A stretch of DNA of 64,000 bases, taken from positions 22,022-86,021 of the forward strand of contig JAUCBJ010001408.1 in the NCBI GenBank assembly GCA_032718475.1, written 5' to 3'. Below are positions 57,201-64,000 of the stretch, in pieces. The notes below the pieces were generated by a model. It was not told the DNA's origin, made no database searches, and was given only the letters and a program-made list of their open reading frames with translations. The translations under genes and the position numbers were made by a program. Source of the stretch: Nemertoderma westbladi (lineage: Eukaryota > Animalia > Xenacoelomorpha). Numbering within the stretch: position 1 is the first letter of the stretch; each line of letters opens with the position of its first letter.

Positions 57201-60200
57201 ACGAAAATCGCCCTCTAGCGGCATACGGGTGAACTTCAGACGGCTCTGAGTATTACGTTGCAACGAGTTAGGGCGAGACCTTTCTAACGAGCTATAGCAA
57301 GAGAGATTTCATCGAGATGGGTTCGATTGTATAGCCGATGACAAACACACAGACAGACAGACAGACAATCGATATTTATATATATACTAGAAAGCCTGTG
57401 GCCCTTCGGGCCACAGCTTTCTAGTGCACATGCAGATGATATATGAATATGTGTGGGAGATTTGATAACTGCATACGGAACAGACACCATCATTAAATAA
57501 AACACCACCCCCATAAGAGATAACTGTCAAGTTTCAACTTTAGGCAGATTGTAAATAACAAAATTTCCAGAAAATGATCACTTTCAGATCCACCCTCTAC
57601 CTGCGGACTGGTGAAATGCAGACGGCGCTGCAGTTTGGTAAAGATGGGGTTTATGGTGAAGTAAAATGCCTGCCTTTCAAGTTTCAGCTTAAACAGATTG
57701 TAAATAACAAAATTGGTGTAGATGTTCACATTCAGACATTTCACCCTCTAGCAGTAGACTGAAGAACTGTAGACGACTCTGGGACTCCGTAAAGATACAG
57801 AATATGCTGTAGTAGATTCCTGCCAAGTTCCAGCTCAATAGGATTAAAAAGAACCAAATGGGATGAGGTGTTCACTATCAGATATTTCGCCCTCTAGCGG
57901 CAGATACGGACTGTATAGAACTCTGTGACTCCGTAAAGGTACAGCCTATGCTGCAGTAGAAGCCTACCAAGTTTCAGTCTAAACCGTTAGTAAATAACAA
58001 AGTTGAAGAAGATGTTAACTTTCAGACATTTCACCCTCTAGCGGTAGACTGGGGAAGTGAATAGGATTCTGCAACCCCGTAAAGATACAGCCTATGATGT
58101 AGTAGATACCAACCAAGTTTCAGCTCAAAATGATTAAAAAGAACCAAATGGGATGAGGTTTTCACTATCAGACAATTCGCCCTCTAGCGGCTGACTGTGG
58201 AACGCTAGATGACTCTACTACTCGGCAAAGATATAGCCTATGCTATAGTAGATGCCTACCAAGTTTCAGTCTAAAAGGATTGTAAATAACAAAGTTGGAG
58301 GAGATGTTAACTTTCATACATTTCGCCCTCTAGCGGCAGACGCGGGTAATGTAGACAACTCTGCGCGACTCAGTAAAGATATAGCCTATGCTGTAGTAGA
58401 TGCCTACCAAGTTCAGTCTAAATGGATTATAAATAACAAAGTTGGAGAAGATGTTAACTTTCAGACATTTCGCCCTCTAGCGGTAGACTGGGGAATTGTA
58501 GACGACTCTGCGACTCAGTAAAGATACAGCCTTTGCTGTAGTAGATGCCTACCAAGTTTCAATCTAAACGGATTGTAAATAACAAAGTTGGAGAAGATGT
58601 TAACTCTCAGACATTTAGCCCTCTAACGGTAGACTGGGGAACTGTGGACAACTCCGGAAATATACTGGTGGAAACTCAGAGACTCCGGAAATATACAGCC
58701 TATGCTGCAGTATATAGCTACCACGTTTCAGCTCAAAAGCATTAAAAACAACCCTATAAGATCAGGTTTTCACTATCGGATAATTCGCCCTCTAGCGGCA
58801 GACGGTGGAACTTCAGAAGGCTCTGAGTATTACGTTGCAACGAGTTAGGGCGAGACCTATCTAACGAGCTATAGTAAGCGAGATTTCATCGAGATTAGAT
58901 GTATAATATTAGATAAAATAATAATGCAGTAAGTATAGGCCTACAGAAATAATTATTTTACTTTTAATATTCATAACAATAAAACAAAAATGTTATAAAC
59001 CTCTCCTTCCATGCAGCCAATGATTGAGAAAGCAGAATTACTCTGAGCAATTCGCAACAGACAACCAAAACCCACCCCAATCAACACTCCAGCCTGCTTG
59101 CTCCTTATCAGTGCCCAGCCAGCTAGCTGCGAGTTCAATAATTACCTTAACGTTGCTATGATACAGAAAACAATCCTTCCCTATTCAATAACTATAGGCC
59201 AATTCGATCCTGCTTGGCAAATATGACATATTTATACACTATTTGATTTTTAATCAATAAATAATCATACATATTTATATTAAACACTCGAATAAAATAA
59301 AAACTTTGTGAGAATGGGACACGGCGAATCTACCCATGTTAATTTTATACCAGATGGGATAAATGTTAGCCCTCTAAATCATTAATTACCGATAGAAGAA
59401 CCGAAATAATTCGATAAATTTCGCCCGAAAATCACGAAAATCGCCCTCTAGCGGCAGACGGGCGAACTTCAGACGGCTCTGAGTATTACGTTGCAACGAG
59501 TTAGGGCGAGACCTTTCTAACGAGATATAGCAAGCGAGATTTCATCGAGATGGGTTCGATTGTATAGCCGATGACAAACACACAGACAATCGATATTTAT
59601 ATATATTAGACTAGAAAGCCTGTGGCCCTTCGGGCCACAGCTTTCTAGTGCACGTGCAGATGATATATGAATATGTGTGGGAGATTTGAGAACTGCATAC
59701 GGAACAGACACCATCATTAAATAAAACACCACCCCCATAAGAGATAACTGTCAAGTTTCAACTTTAGGCAGATTGTAAATAACAAAATTTCCAGAAAATG
59801 ATCACTTTCAGATCCACCCTCTACCTGCGGACTGGTGAAATGCAGACGGCGCTACAGTTTGGTAAAGATGGGGTTTATGGTGAAGTAAAATGCCTGCCTT
59901 TCAAGTTTCAGCTTAAACAGATTGTAAATAACAAAATTGGTGTAGATGTTCATATTCAAACATTTCACCCTCTAGCGGTAGACTGAAGAAATGTAGACGA
60001 CTCTAGGACTCCGTAAAGATACAGAATATGCTGTAGTAGATTCCTGCCAAGTTCCAGCTCAATAGGATTAAAAAGAACTAAATGGGATGAGGTGTTCACT
60101 ATCAGATATTTCGCCCTCTAGCGTCAAATGGGGGGACTGTATACAACTCTGCGAATCCGTAAAGATACAGCCTATGTTGTAGTAGATGCCTACCAAGTTT

Positions 60201-63200
60201 CAGTCTAAACCGTTAGTAAATAACAAAGTTAGAGAAGATGTTAACTTTCAGACATTTCACCCTCTAGCGGTAGACTGGAAACCAAATGGGATGAGGTTTT
60301 CACTATCAGACAATTCCTCCTCTAGCGGCTGACTGTGGAACTGTAGACGACTCTACTACTCCACAAAGATATAGCCTATGCTATAGTAGATGTCTACCAA
60401 GTTTCAGTCTAAAAGGATTGTAAATAACAAAGTTGGAGGAGATGTTAACTTTCATACATTTCGCCCTCTAGCGGCAGACGCGGGTAATGTAGACAACTCT
60501 GCGCGACTCAGTAAAGATATAGCCTATGCTGTAGTAGATGCCTACCAAGTTCAGTCTAAATGGATTATAAATAACAAAGTTGGAGAAGATGGTAACTTTC
60601 AGACATTTCACCCTCTAGCGGTAGACTGGGGAAGTATATAGGACTCTGCAACTCCGTAAAGATAGAGCCTAGCATGTAGTAGATACCTGCCAAGTTTCAG
60701 CTCAAAAGGATTAAAAAGAACCAAATGGGATGAGGTTTTCACTATCAGACAATTCGCCCTCTTGCGGCTGACTGTGGAACTGTAGACGACTCTACTACTC
60801 CGCAAAGATATAGCCTATGCTATAGTAGATGCCTACCAAGTTTCAGTCTAAAAGGTTTGTAAATAACAAAGTTGGAGAAGATGTTAACTTTCATACATTT
60901 CGCCCTCTAGCGGCAGACGCGGGTACTGTAGACAACTCTGCGCAACTCAGTAAAGATATAGCCTCTGCTGTAGTAGATTCCTACCAAGTTCAGTCTAAAT
61001 GGATTATAAATAACAAAGTTGGAGAAGATGTTAACTTGCAGACATTTCGCCCTCTAGCGGTAGACTGGGAAATTGTAGACGACTCTGCGACTCAGTAAAG
61101 ATTCAGCCTATGCTGTAGTAGATGCCTACCAAGTTTCAGTCAAAACGGATTGTAAATAATAAAGTTGGAGACATTTAGCCCTCTAACGGTAGACTGGGGA
61201 ACTGTAGACAACCCAGTGACTCCGGAAATATACAGCCTATGCTGCAGTATATAGCTACCACGTCTCATCTCAAAAGCATTAAAAACAACCCTATAAGATC
61301 AGGTTTTCACTATCGGATAATTCGCCCTCTAGCGGCAGTCGGTGGAACTTCAGACGGCTCTGAGTATTACGTTGCAACAAGTTAGGGCGAGACCTATCTA
61401 ACGAGCTATAGTAAGCGAGATTTCATCGAGATTAGATGTATAATATTAGATAAAATAATAATACAGTAAGTATAGGCCTACAGAAATAATTATTTTACTT
61501 TTAATATTCATAACAGTAAAACAAAAATGTTATAAACCTCTCCTTCCATGCAGCCAATGATTGAGAAAGCAGAATTACTCTGAGCAATTCGCAACAGACA
61601 ACCCAAACCCACCCCAATCAACACTCCAGCCTGCTTGCTCCTTATCTGTGCCCAGCCAGCTAGCTGCGAGTTCAATAATTACCTTAACGTTGCTATGATA
61701 CAGAAAACAATCCTTCCCTATTCAATAACTATAGGCCAATTCGATCCTGCTTGGCGAATATGACATATTTATACACTATTTGATTTTTAATCAATAAATA
61801 ATCATACATATTTATATTACACACTCGAATAAAATAAAAACTTTGTGAGAATGGGACACGGCGAATCTACCCATGTTAATTTTATACCAGGTGGGATAAA
61901 TGTTAGCCCCCTAAATCATTATTTACCGATAGAAGAACCGAAATAATTCGATACATTTCGCCCGAAAATCACGAAAATCGCCCTCTAGCGGCAGACGGGC
62001 GAACTTCAGACGGCTCTGAGTATTACGTTGCAACGAGTTAGGGCGAGACCTATCTAACGAGCTATAGCAAGCGAGATTTCATCAAGATGGGTTCGATTGT
62101 ATAGCCGATGACAAACACACAGACAATCGATATTTATATATATAGACTAGAAAGCCTGTGGCCCTTCGGGCCACAGCTTTCTAGTGCACATGCAGATGAT
62201 ATACGAATATGTGTGGGAGATTTGATAACTGCATACGGAACAGACACCATCATTAAATAAAACACCACCCCCATAAGAGATAACTGTCAAGTTTCAACTT
62301 TAGGCAGATTGTAAATAACAAAATTTCCAGAAAATAATCACTTTCAGATCCACCCTCTACCTGCGGACTGGTGAAATGCAGACGGCGCTGCAGTTTGGTA
62401 AAGATGGGGTTTATGGTGAAGTAAAATGCCTGCCTTTCAAGTTTCAGCTTAAACAGATTGTAAATAACAAAATTGGTGTAGATGTTCACATTCAGACATT
62501 TCACCCTCTAGCAGTAGACTGAAGAACTGTAGACGACTCTGGGACTCCGTAAAGATACAGAATGCTGTAGTAGATTCCTGCCAAGTTCCAGCTCAATAGG
62601 ATTAAAAAGAACCAAATGGGATGAGGTGTTCACTATCAGATATTTCGCCCTATAGCGGCAGATACGGACTGTATAGAACTCTGTGACTCCGTAAAGGTAC
62701 AGCCTATGCTGCAGTAGAAGCCTACCAAGTTTCAGTCTAAACCGTTAGTAAATAACAAAGTTGAAGAAGATGTTAACTTTCAGACATTTCACCCTCTAGC
62801 GGTAGACTGGGGAAGTGAATAGGATTCTGCAACCCCGTAAAGATACAGCCTATGATGTAGTAGATACCAACCAAGTTTCAGCTCAAAATGATTAAAAAGA
62901 ACCAAATGGGATGAGGTTTTCACTATCAGACAATTCGCCCTCTAGCGGCTGACTGTGGAACTGTAGATGACTCTAATACTCCGCAAGGATATAGCCTATG
63001 CTATAGTAGATGCCTACCAAGTTTCAGTCTAAAAGGATTGTAAATAACAAAGTTGGAGGAGATGTTAACTTTCATACATTTCGCCCTCTAGCGGCAGACG
63101 CGGGTAATGTAGACAACTCTGCGCGACTCAGTAAAGATATAGCCTATGCTGTAGTAGATGCCTACCAAGTTCAGTCTAAATGGATTATAAATAACAAAGT

Positions 63201-64000
63201 TGGAGAAGATGTTAACTTTCAGACATTTCGCCCTCTAGCGGTAGACTGGGGAATTGTAGACGACTCTGCGACTCAGTAAAGATACAGCCTTTGCTGTAGT
63301 AGATGCCTACCAAGTTTCAGTCTAAACGGATTGTTAATAACAAAGTTGGAGAAGATGTTAACTCTCAGACATTTAGCCCTCTAACGGTAGACTGGGGAAC
63401 TGTGGACAACTCCGGAAATATACTGGTGGAAACTCAGAGACTCCGGAAATATACAGCCTATGCTGCAGTATATAGCTACCAAGTTTCAGCACAAAAGCAT
63501 TAAAAACAACCCAATGAGATCAGGTTTTCACCATCGGACAATTCGCCCTCTAGCGGCAGACGGGGGAACTTCAGACGGCTCTGAGTATTACGTTGCAACG
63601 AGTTAGGGCGAGACCTATCTAACGAGCTATAGTAAGCGAGATTTCATGGAGATTAGATGTATAATATTAGATAAAATAATAATACAGTAAGTATAGGCCT
63701 ACAGAAATAATTATTTTACTTTTAATATTCATAACAGTAAAACAAAAATGTTATAAACCTCTCCTTCCATGCAGCCAATGATTGAGAAAGCAGAATTACT
63801 CTTGAGCAATTCGCAATAGACAACCCAAACCCACCCCAATCAACACTCCAGCCTGCTTGCTCCTTATCTGTGCCCAGCCAGCTAGCTGCGAGTTCAATAA
63901 TTACCTTAACGTTGCTATGATACAGAAAAAAATCCTTCCCTATTCAATAAGAATAGGCCAATTCGATCGTGCTTGGCGAATATGACATATTTATACACTA

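Larger units (their letters stand above)
34387..64000 (-). mobile_element. Head-to-tail array of non-autonomous Helitron-like units (~2.2 kb) with internal ~122-bp subrepeats, interrupted by BEL-B
   Basis: Each unit on the minus strand reads TCTATATATA..(CTGT)n..hairpin..CTAG. Junctions at 36114/5, 38315/6, 55181/2, 57386/7, 59610/1 and 62146/7. The outer end is CTAG|T at 34387. Confidence 0.8.

Noticed and set aside
55392-63503. Recurrent 60-90-aa ORFs in the Helitron array and antisense ORFs within gag-pol
   Set aside because: They recur only because the DNA is repeated or are shadows of the real ORFs. No domain motifs.

Overview
Eukaryotic (invertebrate-type, AT-rich) genomic DNA dominated by transposable elements. 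It holds two very large, young BEL/Pao (Belpaoviridae) LTR retrotransposons on the minus strand. BEL-A (8740-28607, ~19.9 kb, 5-bp TSD AATGT) sits in the last intron of a five-exon secreted coiled-coil/fibrinogen-domain gene. BEL-B (39073-54291, intact 2695-aa Gag-Pol, 3' LTR truncated) sits in a head-to-tail array of ~2.2-kb non-autonomous Helitron units that runs from 34387 to the window end. The rest is MITEs, LINE fragments, a probable solo LTR and minisatellites. The main discoveries concern the BEL lineage. (1) Neither element has a tRNA-type PBS. In both, the 11-13 nt abutting the 5' LTR are exactly complementary to a sequence inside their own LTR, which suggests self-primed reverse transcription. 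(2) BEL-A carries a 1241-aa extra ORF in the env position with a DEDDy-type 3'-5' exonuclease domain and three CCHC zinc knuckles. (3) BEL-A has symmetric non-canonical TAT...ATA termini, a Pol III A/B-box cassette in U3 and a 17-nt motif scattered about 10 times through the element. All calls were made by eye; no searches were run.
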